Notes: generated by a model from the letters alone, not told the origin. Numbered from the stretch's first letter, positions 12,880 through 27,208 are shown. The stretch is 64,000 nt of DNA from Octopus vulgaris (GCA_951406725.2 OX597824.1:93248001-93312000), one strand, 5' to 3'. Program-made: numbers and translations.

Positions 12880-13700
12880 GATGACGAGCTGCGTAAATCG
12901 TTAGCATGCTGAGCAAAATGCTTGACTGCATCTCGTCCGTTTTTACGTCCTGAGCTCAAGTTCCGTCGACATCAATACTGCCCCTTTTGAGGTCAATAAA
13001 ATAAGTACCTGTTGAGCATTGAGATCGATGCATTTGACTAACACTCTCCCTAAAAATGCCTAGTATGGGCCCAAATATATATTTATTTCTTTATTGTCCA
13101 CAGGTGGCTAAACATAAAGGGGACAAACAAAAGGATTAAGTCGATTACATCGACCCCATTCCGTATCTGGCATTTATTTATCGACCCCAAACGGATGAAA
13201 TGTAAAGTCGACCTCGGCGGAATTTGAACTCAGAACGTAACGTCAGACGAAATACCGCTAAGCATTTCGCCCAGAGTGCTAACGATTCTTTCGCCTGGCC
13301 GTTTTCCTGAATATTTATTTCTTTATTGCCGACAGGGGGCTAAACATAAAGGGGACAAGAAAAGAAAAACAAAGGGATTTAGTCAATTACATCGACCCCA
13401 GTGCGACCCCGAAAGGCTGAAAGGCAAAGTCGACCTTGGCGGAATTTCAACTTAGAACGTAACGGTAGACGAAATACATATTTCTTTACTGCCCACAATG
13501 TGCTACACACAGAGAGGACAAACAAGGACAAACGGATCAAGTCTATCATATCGACCCCAGTGCGTAACTGGTACTTATTTAATCGACCCCAAAAGGATGA
13601 AAGGTAAAGTCGACCTCGGCGGAATTTGAACTTAGAACGTAACAGTCGATGAAATACCACTAAGCATTTCGCCCGGCGTGGTAACGGTTCTTCCAGATCG
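12880..13700. mobile_element. Cluster of family A SINEs: decayed (+) 12880-13075, monomer (-) 13085-13300, dimer (-) 13315-13700
   Basis: Repeated family core, B-box and tail A sequences. Confidence 0.85.
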
Positions 13701-14339
13701 CTGTTCTAAAATTCGAATTATATTGCGAAACACTGGCAAGACTACTACCAAGATGTATTGATAATAGTTCAGAAAACGACAGAATTATATAACAAAAATC
13801 AATAAAAAGTAGGAAAACAATCGCAGAAATATTAACAGAAGATTTTATCCTAATTACTGTTTCGAACGTCACAGGTCGACACAGAATGCATTTCACACAA
13901 AAACGAACTTTGCAAACCTGATAGAAATACCAAAAATTCTTCAATGTAGCATTAAAGGTGTTGAGACAGATTCAAAGAAGTAAAAGATATTATCACCACA
14001 CTTGACCTTCAAGTGGAAATTACTGTCGTACCACCGAAGAATTCGCATTCTAAATTATACCGAAATAAGCCTAGACATACCCTTTCATGGTGATATTCTA
14101 ACGTAAATGTTGCATTCAATATATAAATATCGCAAATGTCATTTTTAGACTAACAGGAAGCGACATTACACTAGAAGTGTAGACTTTTCAAATAAAAGAA
14201 AGATACCAACGAATATATATATACACATGTATTTATAAACTTGTAGATATATTTATACATAGATATACTTACATATAAGTACGTAAGTACATAGATATAC
14301 ATATATATATACATGCGTATGTATATATACATGCGTATG

Positions 14340-14417
<78 letters not shown>

Positions 14418-14467
14418 AATATTAGGGAGTATAACTTCAAACTTACAGGGTAAAATTCAATATAGTA

Positions 14468-14509
<42 letters not shown>

Positions 14510-14519
14510 TAAATGCACT

Positions 14520-14554
14520 ACAGGCGGAAACTGAAAGAAGCCCGTCATATATAT

Positions 14555-14593
<39 letters not shown>

Positions 14594-14830
14594 TGCGTGT
14601 GTGTGTGTGTGTTTATATATATGTTTGTGTGTCTGTGTTTGCCGCCCACCATGGTTTGACAGCCGATGTCTGTGTGTTTCCGACCCGTATCTAGCGGTTC
14701 GGCAAAAGAGACCGATAGAATAAATACTAGGCTTACAAGAAGTAAGTCCTGGAGTAGATTTTCTCGACTAAGGGTGCTGCTCCAGCATGATCGCAATCAA
14801 ATGACTGAAAGAAACGAAAAGAATAAAAGA
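14520..14830 (+). mobile_element. SINE family C with internal (TA)n(TG)n, 5'-truncated
   Basis: GGAAACTGAAAGAAGCCCGTC-[microsatellite]-GCGGTTCGGCAAAAGAGACCGATAGAATAA..CTCCAGCATG..AAATGACTGAAA. Confidence 0.85.
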
Positions 14831-15284
14831 ATAAAAGAAGAAAGACAATGCAAACTTAGGAGAGTAAGATCAAATACTAATGTCGGTGGAGGGGAGCGAT
14901 AGTGCGGTGTATATTGAAGGTGAGGCTGTATTCCCTCTGTCTAAGTACAGGGTCGATGTTTCATTAGGCACTAAAACAGCTCTGTCGGGATTTTAGCCTT
15001 ATCCATCGCGATACCAGGGCTGCCTGCGGCAATCCACCAATGAAAGTAACAAAACTACCCTACAACAAAACAATTCAGATGTTTCTACTATCCTGACAGC
15101 AAGTTCTTCCTGCACCATTCGTCCTTCCTCGTTCGCAATTTAGGCGCCCTTTTCTCTGTTCTTCGGGATATTTATTTCCTTACGAGTGGAAGAGATAAAA
15201 CTAGTACTGAACAGCGTCAAAGTAAGTTAGATTTAGTCTTACACAATATCACTCTGAGTAATAAGCCAAATGAGATTTTGTCCT

Positions 15285-15476
15285 AACCATCATCATCATC
15301 ATCATCGCCGTTGTCGTCGTCGTCATCATCGTTACCATCACCATCGTCATCATTATCATCGTTCTCGCCACCATTGTTGCTGTCATCATCTTAACTTTCA
15401 TCATCATCATCATCACCATTGCCTTCATTAATATCATCAACGTCATTCTCGTCGTCGTTGTCGTCATCATTATAAC

Positions 15477-15567
<91 letters not shown>

Positions 15568-15792
15568 GTCATCATCATCATCATCATCATCGTCATCATC
15601 ATCATCATCATCCTCACCAACGCCATCACCATGGACCCTTCCCCCTACCTCTACTACTACCTTTGATACTGTTATTACCATTAACTACAGCAACATCAAT
15701 ATAACAGAAACCGATTTGGTAGTAGTAGTATTAACAGCACCATAAATGCCGGAGAAATAACAAAGATGGCAGCAGCACGAGAAATAGTAGTG

Positions 15793-15846
<54 letters not shown>

Positions 15847-16155
15847 ATGGTGGTGGTGGTGGTGGTGGTACTAGTAGTAGTAATATTAGTAGTAGTGGTG
15901 GTGGTGGTGGTGCTATTAGTAGTAGTAGTGGTGGTGGAGGTGGTGGTGGTGGTATTAGTAGTAGCAGTAAGACAGAGCGACTACCACTTCTAATAAGGTT
16001 AGTTGTATTCACCACCACCTCGTGAATTAGTATGAACCATTTGACGAAACGTTCAAAGCATCACAACACAATCACCACCCACACCGCCTACAACAACAAC
16101 ACAAGCACCTCCACCACCACCACCACCACAACCACAACAACAACCAACAACAACC
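15285..16155. repeat. Compound (CAT)n/(GTA)n/(GTG)n/(CAA)n trinucleotide arrays
   Basis: Direct inspection. Confidence 0.95.
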
Positions 16156-16799
16156 ATTTCGGCAGTGGCTGACCGTTCACTCATAAACCAGCCTCAGTTC
16201 TTTATTGTTGCTTTTTTTTTTGACGATATTTTTTTGTCACCCTCTTCGCTTTGCCTTCATTTTTTTTTCTTTTCACCATTTTCCCCCCTTTTTTTCTCCT
16301 TCTCCTTTTGTTCTTATTCATTTTTCTTCTTCACATTCGTTCATGTAACATTGTATATTTTTGTCAGCAGTCTCTAAGCCCAATAAACGATGGACCAAAG
16401 CAGAGAAGCACCAAACTACGACCGCTGCTTTTTTATTAGTAAAATCGTTATATTTAGCCAATTCCTTTTGTACTCTTTGATTCATAATTTCTGCGCGGCC
16501 GTAGAATATGACATATAAAGTGGACTGCTTCTTTTCTTTTCTTAGATTTGTGAGATTTCTTGCTATTGCTGCTGCTGCTGCTGCTGCTGTTGTTGTTGTT
16601 GTTGTTGTTGTTTTCACTTTGTTAACGTGTATGCTGAATGCCCTAGCGTGGCTGGTAAATGTTCGCCGTATCAAAAATTCCGAAGAAAGGTTTCGATACT
16701 CAGATATCATATACTTTATTATTTCCGCATTAGTAACTTCAGCGAGGCCATGACCCCCCACCCCCCACTAATGTAAGCTCTCAATATATTCTACGAGAA

Positions 16800-16802
16800 G
16801 AC

Positions 16803-16853
<51 letters not shown>

Positions 16854-16912
16854 CAGCAGTAGTAGTAGTTGTTGTTGTTGTAGTAGTAGTAGTAGTTGTT
16901 GTTGTTGTCGTG

Positions 16913-16948
<36 letters not shown>

Positions 16949-17071
16949 GTTGCAGTAGTAGTTGTGGTAGTAGTAGTAGTAGTAGTTGTTGTAGTTGTAG
17001 TAGTAGTTGTTGTTGTTGTCGTAGTAGTAGTAGTAGTGGCGGTGGTGGTGGTGTTAGTAGTAGTAGTAGTG

Positions 17072-17120
<49 letters not shown>

Positions 17121-17135
17121 CAGTAGTAGTAGTGA
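16800..17135. repeat. (GTA)n/(GTT)n array
   Basis: Direct inspection. Confidence 0.95.
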
Positions 17136-17269
17136 TCTTTACTGCCACTCATAAATTTCTTCAATTTTTTTTCAATTGATTTCATATTTGGTGTATTTGT
17201 GTAGTTTATATGTTTATTGCTGCCATGAAATTTATTTTCGCCATAAAACAAGATTATTCATTTTTGCCA

Positions 17270-17401
17270 GCAGAGTGGACTAGAACAATGTGAAATGAAG
17301 TGTTTTGCTCAAGAACATAACGCGTTGCCCGGTCCAGGAACCGACATAACAGTCTTACGATCATGAGTCCAGCACTCTAACCAGTAAGTCACGCACCTCC
17401 A
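17270..17401 (-). mobile_element. tRNA-SINE family B, 5' part
   Basis: Minus strand GGAGGTGCGTGACTTACTGGTTAGAGT..TTCTTGAGCAAAACACTTCATTTCAC. Confidence 0.75.
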
Positions 17402-17419
17402 TTAAAACTACGCGCCTTC

Positions 17420-17910
17420 ACTAGTCAGTTAAAGTGAGACAGTGTCACGTGACAACTTACTGGGGCTGCCTACTGAAGCCTAGCGGCAGGTATTTAAAGG
17501 GAAAATTTTGACAAGTCAGTCAGTCACCGGCTGACACTCGCTGACGATACATCGAAGAGGCCAGGGAACAGAAGAAAGAAGAAGAAAGAAGACATGCACC
17601 TAACACCAGAGCTGAAGACACCTCCGAAAGGGGGGGGGCTGCTACGTCAAAACGGTAGAGGAGTAGGGGCCGAAACCGGACTTGGTTCCTCCTGATGATG
17701 TCTTGAGCTAACTGGATCCTATAAAGGAGCTGTTGTGGTCTCGGACCACGAAACACGGTTGTAATTCCCCAACTGCAATCAGATTGCTAATACTTCTGAG
17801 AACAGCATGAACATTGCATCATCTTGATCAGCTTTCTCTGGCAAATTTTATTTCCATGCTAAATCAGATAAAATCCAACATTCCTCTGTTAGCAGAAACG
17901 AGAACTCTAT
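17420..17910 (+). mobile_element. Putative Penelope-like pseudo-LTR with two tandem hammerhead-like motifs
   Basis: TATTTAAA box 17491-17498; CTGAAGA 17612-17618 with GAAAC 17672-17676; CTGATGA 17692-17698, hairpin GTGGTC-TCG-GACCAC, GAAAC 17750-17754; stems only partly intact. Confidence 0.45.
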
Positions 17911-18659
17911 AAATTAAATGTCCTCCGTTATATGGTCTGAATTAAAGTCCTGAAAGTATAGAATACACTTCTATATCCTTTCAAGTCAATAAAATATATG
18001 AATGTCTTCTGGTGATTTACTTCGTCATTTTGTGCTAAAATTTAGTCCAGATAATGAAGAAAGCTGTCTGAAAGGTTAGCTACTCTATCCTGTCACGACA
18101 GCGTAACATTTCCCGTTTTTGTATTTACTGGCTTGGCTTATGCTGACACAGGCCGCTACTAATCTCTGGGATTTGTAGTGATTATATCTCGTAACAGAAG
18201 GCTTAGTGTATGGTTTGTTCTCTATTTTGAGATATCTACAATAGAAAGTTATATTTCCTCTTAAAATATGTTACAGACTTTTTCTCTGTTCGACATTTTC
18301 GTCCACGTTGCATTTTACTTTACACTGATATACATAACGTTAAGTGCAATTCTACAACCAAATCTATATTTTGCTTACAATTTGTGTCCTTTTTTTGTGT
18401 GTGAGAGTGCGTGAATCATATATCGTCTTTGATTCTGTGTCCTTTTATTATTTTATTGCACCATTCACGATTAAATAATCTTTGCCTTCTTTATAGTACA
18501 CATCCATTAATACCCATCTTCGTTTTATAAACGTCTTGTGTTCGCCATATCATTCGCCTCTCCAGTATTTTATTTTTCTACTGTCATAAGCGAGTAACAC
18601 TCTATCTCAATCTGAAAAGTTTTCACCGCCTCCAGTTTTCGAATATCACTTATTCTACC

Positions 18660-18681
18660 CACACATATACGTATAAATATA

Positions 18682-18714
<33 letters not shown>

Positions 18715-18816
18715 GTATATATATATATGTATGTATGTATGTATGTACGTATATATATATATGTATATATATATACACATATATATATATGAGTGTATGT
18801 ATATATATGCATATAT

Positions 18817-18910
<94 letters not shown>

Positions 18911-18925
18911 GGATATAGATATAGA
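18660..18925. repeat. (TA)n/(GATA)n microsatellite
   Basis: Direct inspection. Confidence 0.95.
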
Positions 18926-19950
18926 TTGTTGAACTTCCAAATACACATTTTGCAATATCTGTCATTCCATTGCATTATTATGTGTACTTTTGCATATTTT
19001 TTTTTACCATTTAGTTTACTGTTGAGTGCTAATCCCTTGCCGTATCTGATGACGTCAGTTATCTCTTTGTGTAATGTTTTGTTTGGTTTTCCAGTTTCCC
19101 AGTTTTGAGAGCAATCGCTAGTTTCAAGTTATGCTACTTTCATTGAAAGTGTCTTCAATGCGCTTTCGAAAAACGCTACATACGCCAGAAAATAATACTA
19201 TCGATGTAAATATATTCGTCGGTTTTGAGTTCTAAATCTAATAATCTATAGCGGCATTTCGCTGAATATTTGGACAGAATACATAGTTTTATGGGTTTCT
19301 CTTCATATCAATGGACAGAAAACATAGAAGAAATTTCAGTAAACGAACAAATTGGATGCTAGTATCTCATTGACTTATCGTTCGTGTAAGATAAAATCAA
19401 GTCGTACACGAAATAATGGGTCATGAAATACCACACGAAGTCATATAAATAATATAAGAAATGATGGCTAATAGCTGTTCTCTCATAGATGTCGGCATTT
19501 ATACACACAATTTGTTTTTATATAAGGTTATATTTCATGCTTTTAGTTTCTTTTTTTCTGTTTCATTCGATGAACTTTAACTACGTTGTGTGACTCTACA
19601 TGGTCGCTCGAACTGCTTAAAATAGCAGCCAAATTTCTCTCAAATGGCATCCTCAACAAGGGAGGATATATTGCGAGATATGCTCTCAGATGTAATATAT
19701 CTGAATTACAGACATAATATTTGAAATTAGGACTGGGTGATCAAAGCAGGAACGTCTTTGATAAGATTGTTCAAAGACGGTGGTACTATACCTGAATCAC
19801 ACATATTCGTCCTCGAAAGAAGAGAAGTTTCTATCGATTCTAGTATTAGATTGGTATTGATTTTATCGACTTTCGATGGAAGACAGAAACGTCGGCCAGG
19901 GTAAATAATAACGCAATGAAACCCACCGAAATACTAGACTATAACATATA

Positions 19951-20135
19951 CACTTGCGTCAGAAATTAATTAGCACTTCTCAAATTTCTACATTAAATAG
20001 GTTAAATCAATTAACCTATGAGCTGTTCAAAACGTCTTACGCGATAGCAATAGTTCGAGATATGGCCACTAGGTGACAGCACATACCTTGAGTGAAGAGC
20101 AAATCAAGGGTGCTAATTAATTTCTGACGGTAGTG
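19951..20135. mobile_element. Tc1/mariner-type MITE (185 bp)
   Basis: 26-bp TIRs CACTTGCGTCAGAAATTAATTAGCAC / GTGCTAATTAATTTCTGACGGTAGTG, TA on both sides. Confidence 0.85.
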
Positions 20136-20264
20136 TATATATGTGCAAGTTATAACGAAAATAAACTACATTGAAAGAAAAGAAAACATTCTTATTTGAT
20201 GTGAAATAATATACGGTCCATCTCATACGACTAGTATCATTTTTAAAAAGGCACATGTGACACG

Positions 20265-20630
20265 TGTGGTTTTGGGGTAAGGCACTGGCTCACAGCCACG
20301 TGGTTCTGGGTTAAGATCTGCTGCGTTGCAGCTTGGGAAAATGTCTTCTACCAATAGCCTCGGCAGGATCAAAGCCGTGTGAGTGGATTTGATAGACGGA
20401 AACTGAAAGAAACCCGTTGTCTGTGTTTGTGTGCGTGCCATTGTGTATGTGTTTGTCTCCCACCACCGGTGTTGGCTTGTGGATGTCGCTGTAACTTAGT
20501 GGTTCGGCAAAAAAGATGTCTAGAATAGGACCAAGCTTTGAAAAAATTGCACTGGGATCGATTCGTTTGGTTAAAAAACTTTCCAGGTTGTGCCCAAGCA
20601 TGGCCGCAGTCCAGTGACTAAGACAACTAA
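20265..20630 (+). mobile_element. SINE family C, diverged copy with a very short internal microsatellite
   Basis: GTGAGTGGATTTGATAGACGGAAACTGAAAGAAACCCG..GGTTCGGCAAAA..CAAGCATGGCCGCAGTC. Confidence 0.8.
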
Positions 20631-20987
20631 AAAATTATAAAAGGGGTAAAGTGAAATTGCTCGCAAGAGTGGGAGTACCCAGAGGTTGAGAGAACGTACA
20701 AAAAGTCTGCCCTCTTGTATTTTCCTCTTGTCACTTTTACCATAAATGGTGAAGCTATATACACACCATAATCATCCGAAAAGTGTCGATCAAGCATTTT
20801 TAATACTGACGTCAGTTTCGGCAATTTACGTCCCCTCATCATTTCGACAGACTATGGTCCCTATTAGTGTGTATGTTGTCGTTCATGTGCTTTAAGAACA
20901 ATATTAGAACGGTTTAGCTCTTATTTCTAGCAATGTAGGTGTCTTCTAACAGCCTAGTCACATTTAGTTGCAATTATATATTTATTT

Positions 20988-21042
<55 letters not shown>

Positions 21043-21047
<5 letters not shown>

Positions 21048-21216
21048 TTAAAAGTAGCAGAAATGTAACAAAAGCTGTTACTCGAACGGGAACGTGAAAC
21101 TCCGAGTAACAGGTTTTGTTAAATTTCTGCTGCTTTTAAATAAAGCATATTACTCTACCTCCAGTATTTGAGTACTCTTTTTTCCACCTTGTTTCACATT
21201 TATGTGCTTACTCCGG
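21043..21216 (+). mobile_element. Fold-back cassette next to (TA)n with a truncated hammerhead in the loop
   Basis: 41-bp inverted arms 21043-21083 / 21104-21144; loop and right arm read GA-ACG-GGAA-CGT-GAAAC-TC-C-GA-GTA-ACAG. Confidence 0.7.
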
Positions 21217-21655
21217 TATGTGTGTGTGTGTGTGTATGTGTGTGTGCATACTTACAAACACACACGCACGCTTAATTTCACTATACACTTCCTGTTGCTT
21301 TTTCTATATAACTGTAAGATAGTTAAATAACCTGTAGGAACTACATTCAAATGAAGGTCGCTGCAGCAGGTGCGTCGTATAGTATAATTAATAGCTTCGT
21401 TAAATAATTCTTATATACGCGATTTAAACTTCATGTGTGGGCTTTCTTTTGTTTCCCTAAATTTGTGTTGTACTGGATAATTAAATACGTGTATATATCG
21501 TCTTGTTTAAAATACAATTATATCTGAGTAGAATATCTTCATATTTAGTTCGCAACAAAAATATCCACAACAGCCTCTATTTACGTGACGCAAACACATT
21601 CGCCCACATACCTACACATAGAGACGTATACATATACATATGTGTGTTAATATAC

Positions 21656-21724
<69 letters not shown>

Positions 21725-21789
21725 TACATATATATACATACATATATACATACATATATATATATACATATATATACATACATATATAT

Positions 21790-21980
21790 AGTCGCCATGA
21801 TAGATCGTTAGCAACTACACATTTTTTCTCTCTTTGTTTTCTTCTGTGTCCATTTCTGTGGAAGAACGTAGGCTCGAAACGTAAAGGACTTTTTCTATTC
21901 CTGGGCATTATACTAATACGTCTGTTTCTTTTGTACACCATCTGTCTTCGTCTTTTGTTTTTTTTCGTAAACTCTCCTTA
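21790..21980 (+). mobile_element. ~190-bp hammerhead cassette (family H1) in (TA)n
   Basis: TTT-CTGTGGA-AGAACGTAGGCTC-GAAACGTA-AAG at 21853-21886; homologous to the copies at 26284, 41190 and 43076. Confidence 0.75.
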
Positions 21981-21984
21981 TATG

Positions 21985-22031
<47 letters not shown>

Positions 22032-22072
22032 CTTTATTGCCCATGGAGGGCAAAACATATATATATATAAAC

Positions 22073-22127
<55 letters not shown>

Positions 22128-22549
22128 GAAATTCGGGGTGAGTACTATATAATTATAAGCACCTGTGTATACCGTTTGGTGGTGTAGGTGGTGGAGTAAA
22201 TTGATCAAAATAAAAATAAAAACATGAGGCGAAGGATTCAGCGGTACATATGTTTCGGGCCTTTATTAGACAGATTTATAACAAAGCATAATGTATGTCT
22301 GTGGCCTTCTTCAGCCCGCACAACAGCTTCCACAAGGACATGTGTTACATCAAAAATTCTTGGTTGGGATGCAAATCCTCTCGTTCACGTACGACATAAT
22401 GCGGCAGCAGCATAAATTGAAGCGTCCATCTCTTTCTTCTCTCAATGTAGAATGAGGAAACTTGGATGTTGAGGTAATGTAAATAAATAAACGTATTTAT
22501 ATGTATTTATTTATTTACATTACCTCAACATCCAAGTTTCCTCATTCTA
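22128..22549 (-). mobile_element. PLE-like cassette with a hammerhead ribozyme and a terminal perfect hairpin
   Basis: Hammerhead at 22241-22319; ~44-bp inverted arms 22448-22491 / 22506-22549; flanked by TA/TG microsatellites. Confidence 0.7.
22241..22319 (-). ncRNA. Type I minimal hammerhead ribozyme, core intact
   Basis: GCGGG-CTGAAGA-AGGCC[..AGACA..TGTCT..]GGCCC-GAA-ACATATGT-A-CCGC: palindromic stem III, GUA cleavage triplet, stem I GCGG/CCGC. Confidence 0.8.
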
Positions 22550-22680
22550 ATAAGCCATCCGGCTGAGGCCATGCTGGGGCACCGCCCTTTGCTGGGGCAC
22601 CGCCCTTATGTATATATATATATGTGTGTGTGTGTATTTCTTTATTGCCCATGGAGGGCAAAACATATATATATATAAAC

Positions 22681-22711
<31 letters not shown>

Positions 22712-22729
22712 AATATATATATATATATT

Positions 22730-22952
22730 TTTCTTTATTGCCCACGGAGGGCGAAGCATAAAGGGTACAAGCAAGGACAGAAAAAGGGATTAAGTCTATT
22801 ACATCAACTCGAATGCGTAACTGGTACTTATTTAATGGCCCCCGAAAGGATTTAAGCCAAAGTCGACCTCGGCGGAATTTGAACTCAGAACGTAACAGCA
22901 GACGAAATACCGTTAAGAATTTCGCCCAGCGTGCTCAAGATTACACCAGCTC
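22730..22952 (-). mobile_element. tRNA-SINE family A, tail A
   Basis: Family core and B-box; its tail end is duplicated at 22029 and 22637. Confidence 0.85.
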
Positions 22953-23043
22953 TGTATGAATATATATATATATAATTAATATAACCAGCAGTTTGCAATA
23001 GTTCACAAAAAGGGAGACTTATAATTCTCATTAAATGCGACAT

Positions 23044-23368
23044 GGGTGTTAGGAAATACATCCATTGCTAGAAATAATAGCTAAACAGCCCTTATGCTTT
23101 ACTTAACGCACATGAATGAAATCACATACACTTATAAGGACCATAACTGTCAGACAAGTGCCGATCAAGCATTCTTAATTCTGTCGTCAGTTTCATCAAT
23201 TTCCGTTGCTTCATCAGTTAAGACCGCTCGATTGTTCAACTTTTTCTGGACTCGCTTCGCTATAGTATAATCCCGGTTAGTGTATATGTTGTTATTCATA
23301 TGCTTTAAAAACAACATCCGAACGGTTTACCTCTTATTTCTAGCAATGTAGGTTGTTTTCTAACACTC
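23044..23368. mobile_element. Old MITE-like element with ~35-bp imperfect TIRs; second partial copy at 20765-20956
   Basis: GGGTGTTAGGAAATACATCCATTGCTAGAAATAA vs reverse complement of TTATTTCTAGCAATGTAGGTTGTTTTCTAACACTC; interior similar to 20765-20956. Confidence 0.55.
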
Positions 23369-23384
23369 TAGCACCATATAGTGA

Positions 23385-23439
<55 letters not shown>

Positions 23440-23491
23440 GTATGTATATATGTATATATATATATATATGTATATATATGTATGTGTATAT

Positions 23492-23623
<132 letters not shown>

Positions 23624-24198
23624 GATTCCGTTGAATTAGGTACTTAAATTGAGGCAATTTCAGTGCTTGCCATCAGGCATTCTCTTATCATTATCCCACG
23701 CTCTACCATTTTGTGTAGATAAAGCTGCATGTACGACTCTGGTATATTAAGAATTTAATAGATTGCCTTACATTAATTGATTTATCACCATTAACTAGAA
23801 TACAGTTGACAACTCCCAGTGGAGTCGATTCTAAACGGTTAAAGACTACATTCTACATATTGTCTTCCTAGTGAAAGTAACTAGTTCAAGTCCGCTTTTT
23901 ATTCAAACCCCCTACTAATTCCTCTGCTACTTTTTTAAATTATAGTAGACTTAACAAGGTATGCCTTACTTTCTAAACTCATTCTGCCAGAGATATGACG
24001 ACGGAAACAATGTAAATATTTTGAGCTTCGTTATTGCTGTGAAAATGTTAAAGCAGTGTTGGTAATCGTTATGGTTGAAGTCTATGCGGTCATATGACGA
24101 GAATGGTTTGTTTCAAATAATGTAATGCTTTCATTAATCAATTATAGGAGCTGCTTGAAACAGCCGTAACGAATTGGCACATTTAAAACTTTATTACA

Positions 24199-25326
<1,128 letters not shown>

Positions 25327-25483
25327 GCGGTTGTGTCTGTGTGGTAAGAAGCATGCCTCCCAGTCACATCGTTTCGAGTTCAGTCCCACTGCGTGGCAAA
25401 CTCCGAGGTGTGTCTTCTACTATAACCTCGGGTCAACTAAAGCCTTTTGAGTAGATGCGGTAGACGGAAACTGAAAGAAGCCC

Positions 25484-25527
<44 letters not shown>

Positions 25528-25780
25528 GGTGGGGTATGAGTATATGTGTATATGTGCAAGTTTTTTGTGTTGGTGTCTGTCCCCACCACATCGCTTGAAA
25601 ACCGATGTTGGTGTGCTTATGTCCCCAAAACTTCAACCGAAAGAAACCGATATAATAACTAAACCTAAAAGTCTTACAACGCAATAAGTTCCCGGTTCGA
25701 TTTCCTCGACTAAAGGCGGTGCTCCAGCATGGCCGTAGCCAACTGACTGAAGAGTGTAAAAGCATAAATAGCAAAAGAAT
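25327..25780 (+). mobile_element. SINE family C, near full length, internal (TA)n
   Basis: Head CTGTGTGGTAAGAAG..GTTCAGTCCCACTGCGTGGCA; end GGTGCTCCAGCATGGCCGTAG. Confidence 0.85.
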
Positions 25781-26246
25781 ATATTTATAGATCCATGTTC
25801 CCCCTCCCTCTCTCTACCACAATTATATTTGCTATTACCTTAGTTGTTGCTGTTGTTCCTATTGCAGTCAATGGTGGTTCATATTTAAGTTGGAAGGGCC
25901 TTGGTGATGATATCTTCGCTTAGCGATTCTGGGTTTCCACAGAGAGAGATAATGAATAACACATGAGGAAAAGGGATATAAATAGAAAGAGGGAATTTAT
26001 CAATAAGAAGAAGATCACTGGAAAGAAGAATAGGAAGAACATTGCTTCACCTACATAACGCCCCCCACCTCCACCCATATATATATATATATAGATATAC
26101 ATGTATGTATATACATAATTATATATATACATATCTATATATATATAAGGGGTGCGGGTGTATGTATATATGTATGTATTTATGTATATATGTATGTGTT
26201 TGTGCTTCTATGTATATACATATACATATATGTATAATTACCTATG

Positions 26247-26283
<37 letters not shown>

Positions 26284-26285
<2 letters not shown>

Positions 26286-26481
26286 CGGGAAGGTTTACGA
26301 AAATAAACAAAAGACGAAGGCAGGTGGAGTACAAACAAACAAATGTATTAGTATGGCGCTCAGGAATAGAAATAGAACAAGTCTTTTACGTCTCGAGCCT
26401 ACACTCTTCGACAGAAAGGAACACAGAAAGAAACAAGGAGAGAAAAAATGCGTGTAGGAGCTAACTGTCCATTATGGCGTT
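26284..26481 (-). mobile_element. Hammerhead cassette family H1 in (TA)n
   Basis: Minus strand CTTT-CTGTCGA-AGAGTGTAGGCTC-GAGACGTA-AAAG at 26418-26383. Confidence 0.75.
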
Positions 26482-26831
26482 ATATATATATATATATAAG
26501 ATGTATGTACATATACGTATGTATATATGCAAAGATATATACATTATTTATATTATATATATATGTGTGTATGTGTGTGTGTGTGTGTGTGTGTAAATAT
26601 GTGTATCCGTGTGATTGTTTTTGTGTATACGGTATCGCGAAACTCACAGAGTAACAAATATGTACTACTTTATTTCATCTACTCACTCCTACTCCTCCTC
26701 CTTCTTCCTGTCCTTCTCCGTTTTCTTTTTTTAGTTTCTTCGCCTCTTCTTCGTTATATATTTAATTAAAGACATGCCAACGTAAACCATGAGTTTCCCA
26801 TAGTTATTATATCCATTTTCTTCTCATATAC

Positions 26832-26920
<89 letters not shown>

Positions 26921-26924
<4 letters not shown>

Positions 26925-27130
26925 GAATGGTCATTTTGCCAGTTTAGCCAATAAAATCACACGCACTATATATTTGGTGTTACTTTGCTTTGGTGTTACT
27001 TAATCTTATTTCGGCCAGAGTTCTTTCGTCACACTCCTGTGACCGAATCAGTGGTCCTTTGTTTTCTTCTTTCTTATTTGTGTCTCTCCTTTCTAACCGT
27101 CAGCCATTTTGTATTTCTATTGTATGTCTT

Positions 27131-27140
<10 letters not shown>
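26921..27140 (-). mobile_element. 220-bp cassette between two (TA)n tracts with a hammerhead-like motif
   Basis: Minus strand CCA-CTGATTC-G-GTCACA-GGAG-TGTGAC-GAAAGAACTC-TGG at 27054-27015; stems I and II intact, core altered. Confidence 0.6.

Positions 27141-27205
<65 letters not shown>

Positions 27206-27208
<3 letters not shown>

Noticed and set aside
19046-19060. CTGATGA overlapping a CRE palindrome TGACGTCA (another at 20807); other isolated CTGA.GA hits at ~1336, ~41057, ~47247
   Set aside because: No stem II/GAAA/stem III follows, so they are not hammerheads; lone 8-mers are expected by chance in 64 kb.
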